A stretch of 64,000 bases of DNA from Solirubrobacterales bacterium (GCA_038330095.1 JBBQNQ010000001.1:13755-77754), one strand, 5' to 3'. Positions 8,743 to 18,654 are shown, numbered from the stretch's first letter. The notes: generated by a model not told the origin, from the sequence alone. Made by a program: numbers and translations.

Positions 8743-10509
8743 ATGGTGCCCTCACGGTCTGGATTCTCAGCGGGCGAGCGACGGGGGCTCGCCCGCTTCG
8801 TGCTGGTCGCACGCTGGTGGCCGGCGACCACAGCCGTGCTGGCGGGCCTCACCGGCATCACGCTGGCGGGCTCGGCGATCGACTGCACACAGCTCGGGCG
8901 TGTGGCCGGACCGCTCGCGGTGGACCCGGCCTCGGCGCTCGCCCCGGGGCACGTGCTCGCCGCCGTAGCCGGAGCCGGCCTCCTGGTCCTCGCGGGGGGT
9001 CTCGTGCGGGGCAAGCGCCGGGCCGCGGAGCTCGCGGCCGCCGCCCTCGCGGCCGCCGCGATTCTGCCCATCCTGGACGGCGGAGGAGGGAGCGCCACCG
9101 CCCTGGCGGCCGGGCTGGCCGGCCTGATGTGGGCTACGCGCGGAGTGTTCGCCCGTGGCGGCGGCGCGACGGTTCGGCGAGCGGGGCCCGCGGCGATCGT
9201 CGCGGCGATCGCAACCTACGCAGTTGCCGTGGCGGCACTCGCCTCTGGCCCGACGGTCACGGTCGGCGCCGCGGCGGTGCGCGGCACGTCCTGGCTGCTC
9301 GGTGGAACCTGGTGGCTTCGCTCAGACGACCCCGTCTCGATCACGCTCGACGCCCTCTTCGTGGCAACGATCGCGGCCAGTGCGTGGCTCTTCCGGGCGC
9401 TGCTGCGCCCCGCGCCGGCTGCCGAGGGGCACACACCGGCGGAGCACTGGCGGGCGGTCGACATAGTGGGCGCTCACGCCGGCGACTCGCTTGATCCCTT
9501 CGCGCTGCGCGAGGACAAGGCCTTTCACTTCGCCGCGGGCGGAATGCTCGCCTACCGGACTCTGCAGGAGACCGCGGTGGTGGCCGGCGACCCTATCGGG
9601 CCGCCGGGAACCGCTTCCGCCATCCTTGCGAGCTTCCAGCGCTTCGCCGTAGATCGCGGGTGGGACGTCGTCCTCACCGGCGCCTCGTCGCGCCACCTCG
9701 CCGACTACCGGGCCATGGGGCTGCGCGCGCTGTGCATCGGCGAGGAGGCAGTCGTGGACCCGCGCACCTTCTCGCTGGAGGGCCGGGCGATCCGCAAAGT
9801 GCGCCAATCGGTCGCCCGTGTCGCGCGAGAGGGCTGGGCAGTCGAGGTCGTGGACGGCGACGGGCTGGACGCGCGGACGGTGGGTGAGCTCGAGGACCTC
9901 GAGCTTACGTGGCGCGCGAGCCAGCGCCGCCTGTACGGCTTCGCGATGACCCTCGGGCGGTTGCTGGGAGCCGAGGAGCAGGGTGCTGGGGTGTACGTGC
10001 TGGCACGCGACCCCGCGGGCCGCCTGCGAGCCTTCATCCGCTTCGCGACCTATCCCGCGGGCCTGTCACTCGACGTCATGCGACGGCCAAGCGACGCCCC
10101 GAACGGCCTCATGGAGGCCCTGGTCGTGGCCGCGCTCGTCCAGGCACGCGAGCGAGGGTGCACCGAGGTCAGCCTCAACTTCGCCGGCTTCGCGCACGTG
10201 ATGGCCGCGCGCCCGGCACTCACGCGGGGCCAGCGAACGCTGCGGTGGCTGCTGAGCCGCGCGCACGGGCGCTTCCAGCTCGAGCGGCTCGTGCGCTTCA
10301 ACGAGAAGTTCCAACCGGCCTGGCGTCCACGCTACCTGGTCCACCGCAGCGCGCTCGGCCTCCCGCTCGCCGGCCTCCGGGTCCTTCAGGCCGAAGCCTA
10401 CCTGCGCCCGCCGCGCTCGCGCCCGCTCAGCGCCCGCTGGCGGCCCGCCGGCGCGTCGCTCCCGCGCGGCGCTCCGCATGCCGTCCGGTCAGGGGCAGCG
10501 AGCCGATGA
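8743..10509 (+). CDS. MprF-like lysyl-phosphatidylglycerol synthase family protein (TM domain + DUF2156)
   Basis: C-terminal FHFAAGGMLAYR...GDPIGPP...RKVRQSV...FQLERLVRFNEKFQPAWRPRYLV matches the aminoacyl-PG synthase domain. The N-terminal half is hydrophobic. Confidence 0.8.
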   Translation: MVPSRSGFSAGERRGLARFVLVARWWPATTAVLAGLTGITLAGSAIDCTQLGRVAGPLAVDPASALAPGHVLAAVAGAGLLVLAGGLVRGKRRAAELAAAALAAAAILPILDGGGGSATALAAGLAGLMWATRGVFARGGGATVRRAGPAAIVAAIATYAVAVAALASGPTVTVGAAAVRGTSWLLGGTWWLRSDDPVSITLDALFVATIAASAWLFRALLRPAPAAEGHTPAEHWRAVDIVGAHAGDSLDPFALREDKAFHFAAGGMLAYRTLQETAVVAGDPIGPPGTASAILASFQRFAVDRGWDVVLTGASSRHLADYRAMGLRALCIGEEAVVDPRTFSLEGRAIRKVRQSVARVAREGWAVEVVDGDGLDARTVGELEDLELTWRASQRRLYGFAMTLGRLLGAEEQGAGVYVLARDPAGRLRAFIRFATYPAGLSLDVMRRPSDAPNGLMEALVVAALVQARERGCTEVSLNFAGFAHVMAARPALTRGQRTLRWLLSRAHGRFQLERLVRFNEKFQPAWRPRYLVHRSALGLPLAGLRVLQAEAYLRPPRSRPLSARWRPAGASLPRGAPHAVRSGAASR

Positions 10510-10891
10510 CCATCAGCGCGACGGCCGTCCACGTCCCGCCGCGGCCCAGCTGCGCCGGGAGGTGGCTGAAGACAGTGTCGGAGATCGCGGCCGCGTCGGC
10601 CACGGCCCCCGAGACGATCAGAAGCGACCAGCACCCGAGCGCGATCGCCACCGCACGCCCGGCGAGTCCCAGGCGTGTCGTGCCGGCGAGCGCCGCCCCG
10701 GCCAGCGCTCCGGCCGGCAGCCATGCGCAAGCCTGGCGGGCCAGCGGCTGGTCGTCGGAACCCGCGAGCTGCTGGAGCGGCAGCGCACCGGCGATGTGCG
10801 GCCCGAGGGCCAGCGCACCGACGTCTCGGAGCAGGTACAGCCAGCCGGTCGCGGCCACTATCGACGCGACGACGGCCAGCGAACCGAGCAC
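10427..10891 (-). CDS. hypothetical membrane protein
   Basis: Four hydrophobic segments. GTG start chosen at 10891. It overlaps the convergent MprF-like 3' end by 83 nt, so the ends are uncertain. Confidence 0.35.
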   Translation of the reverse strand: MLGSLAVVASIVAATGWLYLLRDVGALALGPHIAGALPLQQLAGSDDQPLARQACAWLPAGALAGAALAGTTRLGLAGRAVAIALGCWSLLIVSGAVADAAAISDTVFSHLPAQLGRGGTWTAVALMVIGSLPLTGRHAERRAGATRRRAASGR

Positions 10892-10909
10892 CGCCGCGGG
10901 CGCACGGCG

Positions 10910-11812
10910 ATGACGCGCTTGGCGATCCTGCTGTCGCTCGCGTGGCTTGGGCTGGGCGGGTACGGCGCGTTTCTCTACGGCCACAACTATTACGTGTTCC
11001 GCGGCTTTTCCCCGCCCGTGGATCCGAGGGGTGTCGCCCCCGGCCGGCTGGTGGCGACGCGCTTCTTCTCGGGCGCGATGGGCAGACGGCGATCGTACGA
11101 CATCTACCTGCCGCCAGGATACGCGCGCGCGGCGGCCGCCGGTAAGCGCTTCCCAGTCCTCTACCTGCTCCACGGCAGTCCAGGATGGCCACGCCTGTTC
11201 CTGAACGCCGGCGCGCTCGGGGTGTCGCTCGACGTCCTAGAGGCCCGGCGTCGCGTGGCTCCGTTCATCGTCGTGATGCCCGATGGCCGCGACGGCTCCC
11301 TGCGCAGCGACACCGAGTGGGCCGATACCCGGCACGGGCGCTACGAGTCGTTCGTGCTGAACGTGGTACGCGACGTCGATCGCCGCTGGGCGACCCGGCC
11401 CGACCGCCGCTTCCGCGCGATCGCCGGGAACTCAGAGGGCGCCTTCGGCGCGGTCAACATCGGATTGCGCCATCTGAGCACCTTCTCGGTCATCGAAAGC
11501 TGGTCGGGCTACTTCAGCCAGCAGCGCACCGGGCCGTTCAAGCGCGCCTCCGGCGCGAAGGTGCAAGCCAACAGTCCCGCAGCGTACGTCGGCTCGCTCA
11601 AGGGCCAACTGCGCGCGTTTCCGCTCCACGCCTTTCTCTACGGAGGCACGAGCGACAAGGACCTGGAGCAGACGCGCGCGTTTGCCCCGCGCTTGCGTGC
11701 AGCGGGGGCAAAGGTCAGCGTGGGCATCTATCCGGGCGGCCACGACTGGCGACTGTGGCGTGAGCGCACACCGGCCATGCTGCGCTACGCGGCTCGGTGG
11801 TTCGGCCGGTGA
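10910..11812 (+). CDS. esterase family protein (esterase D / enterochelin esterase-like)
   Basis: FPVLYLLHGSPG, nucleophile elbow GNSEG and an N-terminal TM helix. Confidence 0.75.
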   Translation: MTRLAILLSLAWLGLGGYGAFLYGHNYYVFRGFSPPVDPRGVAPGRLVATRFFSGAMGRRRSYDIYLPPGYARAAAAGKRFPVLYLLHGSPGWPRLFLNAGALGVSLDVLEARRRVAPFIVVMPDGRDGSLRSDTEWADTRHGRYESFVLNVVRDVDRRWATRPDRRFRAIAGNSEGAFGAVNIGLRHLSTFSVIESWSGYFSQQRTGPFKRASGAKVQANSPAAYVGSLKGQLRAFPLHAFLYGGTSDKDLEQTRAFAPRLRAAGAKVSVGIYPGGHDWRLWRERTPAMLRYAARWFGR

Positions 11813-12936
11813 GCGCGCAGGTGGTCATCGGGCTCGGCCTGGCGCTGCTGGCGTCGCTCGCCCTGAACGGCAGCTTCCTGCTACAGCACAGCGGCTCGCG
11901 GGAGACCGCGCCCGTCACGCTGCGCCGGCCGCGAGCGGCGCTGGCCGGTCTGCTGGGCTCCCGACTGTGGCTCGCCGGGTTGGCTCTGGGGCTGGCGGGC
12001 TGGGGATTGCACGTCGCGGCCCTATCGAAAGCGCCGTTGGCCATGGTGCAGGCGTTCGCAGGCGGAGGTATCGCGCTCGCCGCGGCGGTCGCGGCGCGGG
12101 CGCTCGGGGAGCGGCTGAGCCCAGGCGAGCGCCGTGGGATCATCCTCACGGCCCTGGCGCTGGTGCTGCTCGCGGCGGGGTCCGGCGCAACAGCGACGAC
12201 GCACCGCGTGCCGGCAGCCCCGCTCGCGGTTTACCTGCTGGCGGCCTTCGCGCTGGCGGGCGCCTTGACCCTCGCGCCGGCCGGCCGGCGCCGAGCCCAG
12301 GCGCTCGGGCTGGCTGGCGGCGTCCTGTACGGCGCCGGCGACACGACGACCAAAGCGCTGACGACGCTCGCGCACGAAGGCCTGACAACGGCTCTCCTGA
12401 GCCCATGGGCGGTCGTGCTTGTGCTCGCGAGCGCAGGCGCCTTCGTGTGCTTCCAGCGGGGCCTGCAACTCGGCCCGGTCGTGCCGGTCATCGCGCTGAT
12501 GACTGCCGCGACCAACCTCATCTCCATCGCGGCCGGCCTCGCCGTCTTCGGGGAGCCGCTTGGCCATCCGCTCGCACTCGCCGCGGCCCACGGGCTGGCC
12601 TTCGCGCTGGTTGGCGTCGCGGCTTGGCTGCTGGCGCCCGCTCAGGCCAGGCTGTCGACCGGCGCTGACCTCGACGAGCGCGGTGGGACGTCCACGGAGT
12701 CACCCGCCGCGCCTCGGGACCGTCCACGTGAGCACGCCACCACCCCGGCGCCGAGCGCGAACGCTAGCGCGTGCTCGGTGCCCGCCAGCTCCCGCGTGAG
12801 CGGAATCTCGGTGACGAACGCGGCGAGGCACCCGGCGGCCACCACCAGCGCGAAGGGTCGGATCGCAGGCGCGCGGATCGCCACTCCTGCGACGAGCGCG
12901 CCCAGCGCTCCGGCCCAGACGCACGAGATCCCGTAG
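11797..12936 (+). CDS. DMT/EamA-like integral membrane protein
   Basis: About 9 hydrophobic helices. An alternative GTG at 11809 forms a GTGA overlap with the upstream stop. The 3' tail overlaps the convergent gene, so the end is uncertain. Confidence 0.55.
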   Translation: MVRPVSAQVVIGLGLALLASLALNGSFLLQHSGSRETAPVTLRRPRAALAGLLGSRLWLAGLALGLAGWGLHVAALSKAPLAMVQAFAGGGIALAAAVAARALGERLSPGERRGIILTALALVLLAAGSGATATTHRVPAAPLAVYLLAAFALAGALTLAPAGRRRAQALGLAGGVLYGAGDTTTKALTTLAHEGLTTALLSPWAVVLVLASAGAFVCFQRGLQLGPVVPVIALMTAATNLISIAAGLAVFGEPLGHPLALAAAHGLAFALVGVAAWLLAPAQARLSTGADLDERGGTSTESPAAPRDRPREHATTPAPSANASACSVPASSRVSGISVTNAARHPAATTSAKGRIAGARIATPATSAPSAPAQTHEIP

Positions 12937-13322
12937 TCGGGGGCGTCCAGGACCGGGTCCACGGAGGGGCTGCCGGCGAGCCACAGCACCGCGATCCCCG
13001 CGTAGGCGAGCACCGCCGAGCCGAGATGGGCGACCGTCGCGGCCAGCCAGAAGGCCCTTGAGCCGAGCAGGCCGACGACGGCGACCGTGGCCGCCGCGGT
13101 GCCGCAGAGCTGTGGCAACGGATCACCCGCGACGACCAGGCCGCTGGTGAGCAGGCGCCACGCCTCGCCGCGAGCGACTCCGGCTGGGCTGGACGCGAGC
13201 TGCGCCGCGCCCGGCAGGCCGAGTCGGGACGGAAGCAGCGACAGCGCCGCGACGACGGCGAGGTAGGCCGTCGCGAACGAGAGTCCTCGTGCCCTTCCGA
13301 CTTGCGGTGGGGGCAGTCGCAC
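12642..13322 (-). CDS. rhomboid-like membrane protein (catalytic motifs not evident)
   Basis: GEAWRLLTSGLV resembles the rhomboid TM2 WR motif. Multi-TM. No clear GxSG or His motif was seen. Confidence 0.4.
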   Translation of the reverse strand: MRLPPPQVGRARGLSFATAYLAVVAALSLLPSRLGLPGAAQLASSPAGVARGEAWRLLTSGLVVAGDPLPQLCGTAAATVAVVGLLGSRAFWLAATVAHLGSAVLAYAGIAVLWLAGSPSVDPVLDAPDYGISCVWAGALGALVAGVAIRAPAIRPFALVVAAGCLAAFVTEIPLTRELAGTEHALAFALGAGVVACSRGRSRGAAGDSVDVPPRSSRSAPVDSLA

Positions 13323-13410
13323 CCATCGAGGATACTGCCGCCGCCACGCGGCGCTTGAACCAGGCGGCGTGGATGTTGACCCCAGGTTATGAAGCCCGGC
13401 TTCGGGGGGC

Positions 13411-14379
13411 GTGCCGGATACCTTCGCGCCGGTGCGAGCTCGCCAGGTCTGCTTTCGGGTCCTCGTTCCGGTGGTCGTGGTGGTGCTCGCGCTCGTCGTC
13501 ATCGGGTGGAAGGGTGCGGGCCCGACGAAGTCGACGGCGGCGTCCGCCGCGGGTGCCGGTGGCGTCTGCGCTCCCGCGCGCACGGGCGACCTCGCGATCC
13601 GGATCGTGAGCCGGGGGCGGCGGCGGTCCGCGCTCCTCCACGTCCCGGGCGGGCTCACGGGCCCGGCGCCGCTGGTGCTTGCCTTCCACGGAGCCGGCGG
13701 CACCGGCGCGTTCATGCAGCGTTACTCGGGGCTGTCGCAAGCGGCGGCTCCGCGCGGGATGGTGGTCGCCTACCCCAGCGCTGATCCCGACTACCGTCGC
13801 TGGACGCTTCAGGGCGACCCTGACGACGCGCCCGACGACGTCGAATTCATCCGTGACCTCATGGCCGAGATCAGGCGAAGGGTATGCGTCGATCACTCCC
13901 GGGTCTACGCGACCGGTGTCTCCAACGGCGCCGGCTTCACGGCCCTACTCGCCTGTCGGCTGACCGGTCAGGTGGCGGCGATCTCCCCGGTTGCAGGCGC
14001 CTACCGCGTCGGCCCTTGCGGCGCCCCGACCCCAGTGTCGGTGCTCGAGATCCACGGCACGGCGGACGATGTCGCGCCCTACCGCGGACGCGCCCGGGTG
14101 CAGAGCGTGCGCTCATGGCTGGAGGGCTGGGCACGTCGCGATCGCTGCACCGGGCCCCCGGTCGGGCGCTACATCGCCCCGCGCACGCCGCATTTCGCAT
14201 GGCGCTGCGACCAGCGCACAGCGGTCGTCGAGCACATCGCCATCACCGGCGGCACGCACGCCTGGCCGGGCGCTGCGCCGCCCGATCCCGGACCGCCGAG
14301 CACGATCCCTGCTGCTGAGCAGATCGTCCGATTCTTCGCCGGCCGCCGGCTCGCGAGCGCTCCGGCGCCGTCTCGCTGA
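13411..14379 (+). CDS. PHB depolymerase / LpqC-family esterase
   Basis: LVLAFHGAGGTG, nucleophile elbow GVSNGAG, IHGTADDV and an N-terminal TM anchor. Confidence 0.75.
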   Translation: MPDTFAPVRARQVCFRVLVPVVVVVLALVVIGWKGAGPTKSTAASAAGAGGVCAPARTGDLAIRIVSRGRRRSALLHVPGGLTGPAPLVLAFHGAGGTGAFMQRYSGLSQAAAPRGMVVAYPSADPDYRRWTLQGDPDDAPDDVEFIRDLMAEIRRRVCVDHSRVYATGVSNGAGFTALLACRLTGQVAAISPVAGAYRVGPCGAPTPVSVLEIHGTADDVAPYRGRARVQSVRSWLEGWARRDRCTGPPVGRYIAPRTPHFAWRCDQRTAVVEHIAITGGTHAWPGAAPPDPGPPSTIPAAEQIVRFFAGRRLASAPAPSR

Positions 14380-14391
14380 CGTGCAGCGGGC

Positions 14392-15135
14392 TCACTCAGG
14401 CGTGACGTAGGCGGCGGAGAGGCCTCCGTCGACCAGAAACGTGGTCGCGTTGACGTAGGAGGACTCGTCGCTGGCCAAGAAGAGCGCCGCGGCCGCGATC
14501 TCGCCGGCCTGCGCGAAGCGGCCCATCGGCAGGTGCACGAGCCGCCGAGCGGCCTGCTCGGGGTCCTTGGCGTAGAGCTCGCGCAGGAGCGAGGTGTCGA
14601 CCGGTCCGGGACACAGCGCGTTGACCCGCACCCCCCGGCGGGCGAACTGCACACCGAGCTCGCGCGAGGCGGCCAGCACCGCGCCCTTGGAGGCGGTGTA
14701 GGCGATCTGCGACGTCGCCGAGCCCATCGTCGCGACGAACGACGCCGTGTTGATGACTGAGCCGCCGCCCGCCTCGAGCAGGTGCGGTATCCCGTGCTTG
14801 CAGCACAGCAGCACCGACCGCAGGTTGACGTCGAGCACCTTCTCCCACAGGTCGGGTGCGCCCTCGAGCACCGAGCCGTCCAGCGGCGGCGAGATCCCAG
14901 CGTTGTTGAAGAGCACGTCGATGCGGCCGAACGCCTCGCGAGTGCCCGCGTACAGCGCGCGCACCGCGGCGTCGTCGGTGACGTCGGCCTCGATCGCGAG
15001 GTCCACGCCCTCCGTGCTCAAGAGGTCTACGCCCACGACGGTCGCTCCGTGCTCGCGAAAGAGCCGCGCCGACTCGGCCCCGATCCCGCCGGCGCTGCCC
15101 GTGATCACACACACCTTGTCGCTCAGCCGGCCCAT
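14392..15135 (-). CDS. short-chain dehydrogenase/reductase
   Basis: ITGSAGGIG cofactor motif, NNAG, YTASK catalytic motif. Its ATG overlaps the ALDH stop (ATGA). Confidence 0.9.
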   Translation of the reverse strand: MGRLSDKVCVITGSAGGIGAESARLFREHGATVVGVDLLSTEGVDLAIEADVTDDAAVRALYAGTREAFGRIDVLFNNAGISPPLDGSVLEGAPDLWEKVLDVNLRSVLLCCKHGIPHLLEAGGGSVINTASFVATMGSATSQIAYTASKGAVLAASRELGVQFARRGVRVNALCPGPVDTSLLRELYAKDPEQAARRLVHLPMGRFAQAGEIAAAALFLASDESSYVNATTFLVDGGLSAAYVTPE

Positions 15136-16490
15136 CACTCGGTGGCGACGAAGACGTTCTTGACCTCGGTGTAGTGCTCGAGCGCGTGCGGCCCGAGCTC
15201 GCGGCCGACGCCCGACTGCTTGAAGCCGCCGAACGGAGTGGCTACGCGGACCGAGGTGTTGGAGTTGATCGACAGCACGCCGCAGTCCAGCGCGCGTGCC
15301 ACGCGCAGGGCGCGGGCGCCGTCGCGCGTCCACACCGAGCCCGAGAGGCCGTAGACGGTGTCGTTGGCGAGGCTGATGGCGTGTGCCTCGTCCTCGAACG
15401 GGATCACGCACGCGACCGGGCCGAAGATCTCCTCGCGCGCCGCGCGGTCGTCGTTTGAGACCGGCGCGAGCACGGTGGGCGCGAACCAGTACCCCGGACC
15501 CTCGGGCGCCTGGCCGCGTACGGCGACGGGCGCGCCCGCGGGCACGTAGGAGGCGACGGCATCGCGCTGGCCGGAGGAGATCAGCGGGCCCATCTGCGTG
15601 CTCTCGTCGAGCGGATCGCCGACCCGGATCTCGCGGACCGCCCGCTCCAGGGCGGGCAGGAAGCTCTCGAGCGCCGAGCGCTGCACGAGGATCCGCGAAC
15701 GCGCGCAGCAGTCCTGGCCGGCGTTCCCGAACACCGCCATCGGCGCCGCGCTCGCCGCGCGCTCGAGGTCGGCGTCGGCGAACACGACGTTGGCCGACTT
15801 GCCTCCGAGCTCCAGCGTGACGCGCTTGATCGTGCCCCCAGCCCCAGCCGCGATCCGCCGGCCTACCTCGGTCGAGCCCGTGAAGGCGATCTTGGCCACG
15901 TCGGGGTGCTCGACCAGCCGCTGCCCGCAAACGCTGCCCGGCCCGGCCACTACGTTGACCACGCCCTCGGGCACGCCGGCTTCCAGGGCGATGCGCTCGA
16001 GCTCGAGTGCGGTGAGCGGGGTGAGCTCGGCGGGCTTGAGGACGAGCGTGTTGCCGGCGGCCAGCGCGGGGGCGACCTTCCAGCTGGCGATGGTCAGCGG
16101 GAAGTTCCAGGGGACGATGAGCCCGACGACGCCCAGCGGCTCGCGGAAGGTCATGTCTACCCCGCCGGTCACCGGGATCGTGTCGCCGAGCAGGCGCTCG
16201 GGCGCGCCGGCGTAGAAGCGGAAGGTCTCCACGACCATGCCCATCTCCCCGCGTGCGTCGGCGATCGGCTTGCCCGCGTTGCGTGCTTCGAGCGTCGCGA
16301 GCTGCTCGCACTCGGCCTCGAGCGCGTCGGCGAGCCGGCGCAGCAGCGTCGCGCGGTCGCCCGGGCTGACCGCGCGCCACGCCGGGAAGGCCGCCCGCGC
16401 GCGGTCGACGGCGGCGTCCACCTCCTCCGCACCTGCGGTCGGCAGCTCCCGCAGCACCTGCTCGGTCGCCGGCTCGAGGACGGTGGTCAC
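15135..16490 (-). CDS. NAD-dependent aldehyde dehydrogenase
   Basis: VPWNFP, ELGGKS and GQDCCA (catalytic Cys) motifs. GTG start at 16490. Confidence 0.9.
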   Translation of the reverse strand: MTTVLEPATEQVLRELPTAGAEEVDAAVDRARAAFPAWRAVSPGDRATLLRRLADALEAECEQLATLEARNAGKPIADARGEMGMVVETFRFYAGAPERLLGDTIPVTGGVDMTFREPLGVVGLIVPWNFPLTIASWKVAPALAAGNTLVLKPAELTPLTALELERIALEAGVPEGVVNVVAGPGSVCGQRLVEHPDVAKIAFTGSTEVGRRIAAGAGGTIKRVTLELGGKSANVVFADADLERAASAAPMAVFGNAGQDCCARSRILVQRSALESFLPALERAVREIRVGDPLDESTQMGPLISSGQRDAVASYVPAGAPVAVRGQAPEGPGYWFAPTVLAPVSNDDRAAREEIFGPVACVIPFEDEAHAISLANDTVYGLSGSVWTRDGARALRVARALDCGVLSINSNTSVRVATPFGGFKQSGVGRELGPHALEHYTEVKNVFVATE

Positions 16491-16558
16491 CGCGCGAGCG
16501 ACTCCATGCGCTCGCGGGCCTGCTCCACGAAGATCCCGATCACGCGGCTGGCCTCGTC

Positions 16559-17227
16559 CTACTCCGGGTGCCACAGCACGCCGACTGCGAAGCTGCGGTC
16601 GGGGAGCTCGACCGCCTCGACGGACCCATCCTTGACGTCCCAGCCTGTCGCGACGATGCCATCGCCGAGGCGGTCGGGCGCCTGGTGATGGTGCGACTTG
16701 ACCGACGTCGAAGGCGCCCCGACGACACGCGCTGCGAGCGATCCGTCCCGCAGGCGCACGTCGTGGTCGGCGTAGCTCCCGGGGGTGTGGCGGTGCTCGT
16801 CGTGGCCGACCACGTCGTGCAGGTGCTGGTGAAGCGTCCCTCCGGCCGCCACGTTGAGCAGCTGCATGCCGCGGCAGACCCCCAGCACGGGCATGTCGCG
16901 CTCGAATGCCCGGCGAGCGAGCGCGACCTCGAAGGCGTCCCGCGGGGGCTGCGTTCCCTTGGTCTCGGGGTGGGGCAAGGCGCCGTAGCTCGCCGGGTCG
17001 ATGTCGCAGCCGCCGGCGAGCAGCAGCCCATCGAGCACGTCGAGCAGGCGGTCTGGCTCCGCGGTCGCGCGCGGGTCGGGCGGCAGGATCAGCGCGAGCC
17101 CGCCCGCGCGCTGGACGGCGACCGAGTAGGTGTGGGGCAGCAGGTCGGCGACCTCCTCCCACGCTCCCCACAGGCCGAGCTCGACCGAGGCCGGCATGCC
17201 GATCACCGGCCACGCCGCCGCGTTCAC
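16559..17227 (-). CDS. gamma-glutamyl-gamma-aminobutyrate hydrolase family (peptidase C26, PuuD-like)
   Basis: GVCRGMQLLNV nucleophile motif and SHHHQA. GTGA overlap with the upstream GlnA-like stop. Confidence 0.85.
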   Translation of the reverse strand: MNAAAWPVIGMPASVELGLWGAWEEVADLLPHTYSVAVQRAGGLALILPPDPRATAEPDRLLDVLDGLLLAGGCDIDPASYGALPHPETKGTQPPRDAFEVALARRAFERDMPVLGVCRGMQLLNVAAGGTLHQHLHDVVGHDEHRHTPGSYADHDVRLRDGSLAARVVGAPSTSVKSHHHQAPDRLGDGIVATGWDVKDGSVEAVELPDRSFAVGVLWHPE

Positions 17228-18552
17228 AGCCGCTCGAACCCCCGCTCGAGCTCCCAGTCGGTCACCGCGGCGTCGAAGGCGTCGAGCTCGACGCGGGCGG
17301 CGTTGAGGTAGTGCTCGACCACTTCGTCGCCGAGCGCCCCGCGCGCTACGGCGCTGCCGGCGAAGAGCTCGCGTGCGTCGCGAAGGGTGTGGGGGACGCG
17401 CGGCTTGTCGGATTCATAGGCGTTGCCCTCGACCGCGGGCTCTGGCTCGAGCTCGTTCTCTACCCCGTGCAGCCCCGCCGCGATGATCGCGCTGAGCGCG
17501 AGGTAGGGGTTCACGTCGGCGCCGGGCAGGCGGTTCTCGAAGCGCCGCGCGCCGCCGTGGCCGACCACCCGCAGGGCACACGTGCGGTTGTCGCGCCCCC
17601 AGGCGACCGCGGTGGGCGCGAAGGAGCCCACCGCGAAGCGCTTGTAGGAGTTGACGTTCGGGGCGAAGAGAAGGGTGAGCTCGCGCAGGCACGCGAGCTG
17701 GCCGGCCAGGAATCGCTTGAAGAGCTCCGGGTCGCGCGCGAAGGCCGGCTCGCCGGCGGCGTCGCCGAGCGAGAAGTGGATGTGGCACGAGTTGCCCTCG
17801 AGCTCGTTGTACTTCGCGATGAAGCTGAGCGCCATTCCCTCCTGGGCGGCGATCTCCTTGGCGCCGTTCTTGTAGATCGCGTGGCCGTCGGCGGCGGCGA
17901 GCGCATGGTCGTAACGGAAGTTGATCTCGTGCTGGCCGAAGTTGCACTCGCCCTTGGAGTTCTCGACGGCGAGGCCCGCGCCGCCCATGGCGTTGCGGAT
18001 GCGCCGGATCAGCGGCTCGACGCGCGCGGTCCCCAGCAGCGAGTAGTCGACGTTGTAGAGGTTGGTCGGCTCGAGGTCGCGGAAGCGCTTGTGCCACGCC
18101 GCCTCGTAGCTGTCGCGGAAGAGGAGGAACTCGAGCTCGGTGCCGGCGAAGGCGGTCCAGCCGCGCTCGGCGAGACGCTCGAGCTGGCCGCGGAGGATCT
18201 GGCGGGGCGAGGGTGCGACGGGGCGGCCGTCCTCCCACTGGACGTCGGTGAGACACAGCGCGGTCGCCGGCAGCCACGGCACGAGCCGCAGCGTCTCGAG
18301 GTCGGGCCGCAGCGCGAAGTCGCCGTAGCCCCGCTCCCAGCTGGACATCTCATAGCCCTCGACGGTCTCCATGTCGACGTCGACGGCGAGCAGGTAGTTG
18401 CACGCCTCCGCGCCGTGCTGCGCGACGTCGGCGAGGAAATGGCTCGCGGTCAACCGCTTGCCCTGCAGGCGCCCCTGCATGTCGCACATGGCGAGCAGGA
18501 CGGTGTCGATCTCCCCCGCTCCTGCGGCCTTCTCGAGCTCCTCGAGGGTCAT
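17224..18552 (-). CDS. glutamine synthetase-like gamma-glutamyl-amine ligase (GlnA3/GlnA4/PuuA class)
   Basis: GS catalytic-domain motifs (GTELEFLLF, NSCHIHFSL, NSYKR, RDNRT, ENRLPGADVNPYL). ATG at 18552. Confidence 0.85.
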   Translation of the reverse strand: MTLEELEKAAGAGEIDTVLLAMCDMQGRLQGKRLTASHFLADVAQHGAEACNYLLAVDVDMETVEGYEMSSWERGYGDFALRPDLETLRLVPWLPATALCLTDVQWEDGRPVAPSPRQILRGQLERLAERGWTAFAGTELEFLLFRDSYEAAWHKRFRDLEPTNLYNVDYSLLGTARVEPLIRRIRNAMGGAGLAVENSKGECNFGQHEINFRYDHALAAADGHAIYKNGAKEIAAQEGMALSFIAKYNELEGNSCHIHFSLGDAAGEPAFARDPELFKRFLAGQLACLRELTLLFAPNVNSYKRFAVGSFAPTAVAWGRDNRTCALRVVGHGGARRFENRLPGADVNPYLALSAIIAAGLHGVENELEPEPAVEGNAYESDKPRVPHTLRDARELFAGSAVARGALGDEVVEHYLNAARVELDAFDAAVTDWELERGFERL

Positions 18553-18654
18553 CGGGGGTGGCCTAAAGGTTTGCGCATCCGTCCATTTATCGCCGAGCCT
18601 GCGCCGGGAGTCAACCAGGCGCTCGACCGCCGCGCCGCCCGCTACGTTCGCGGC

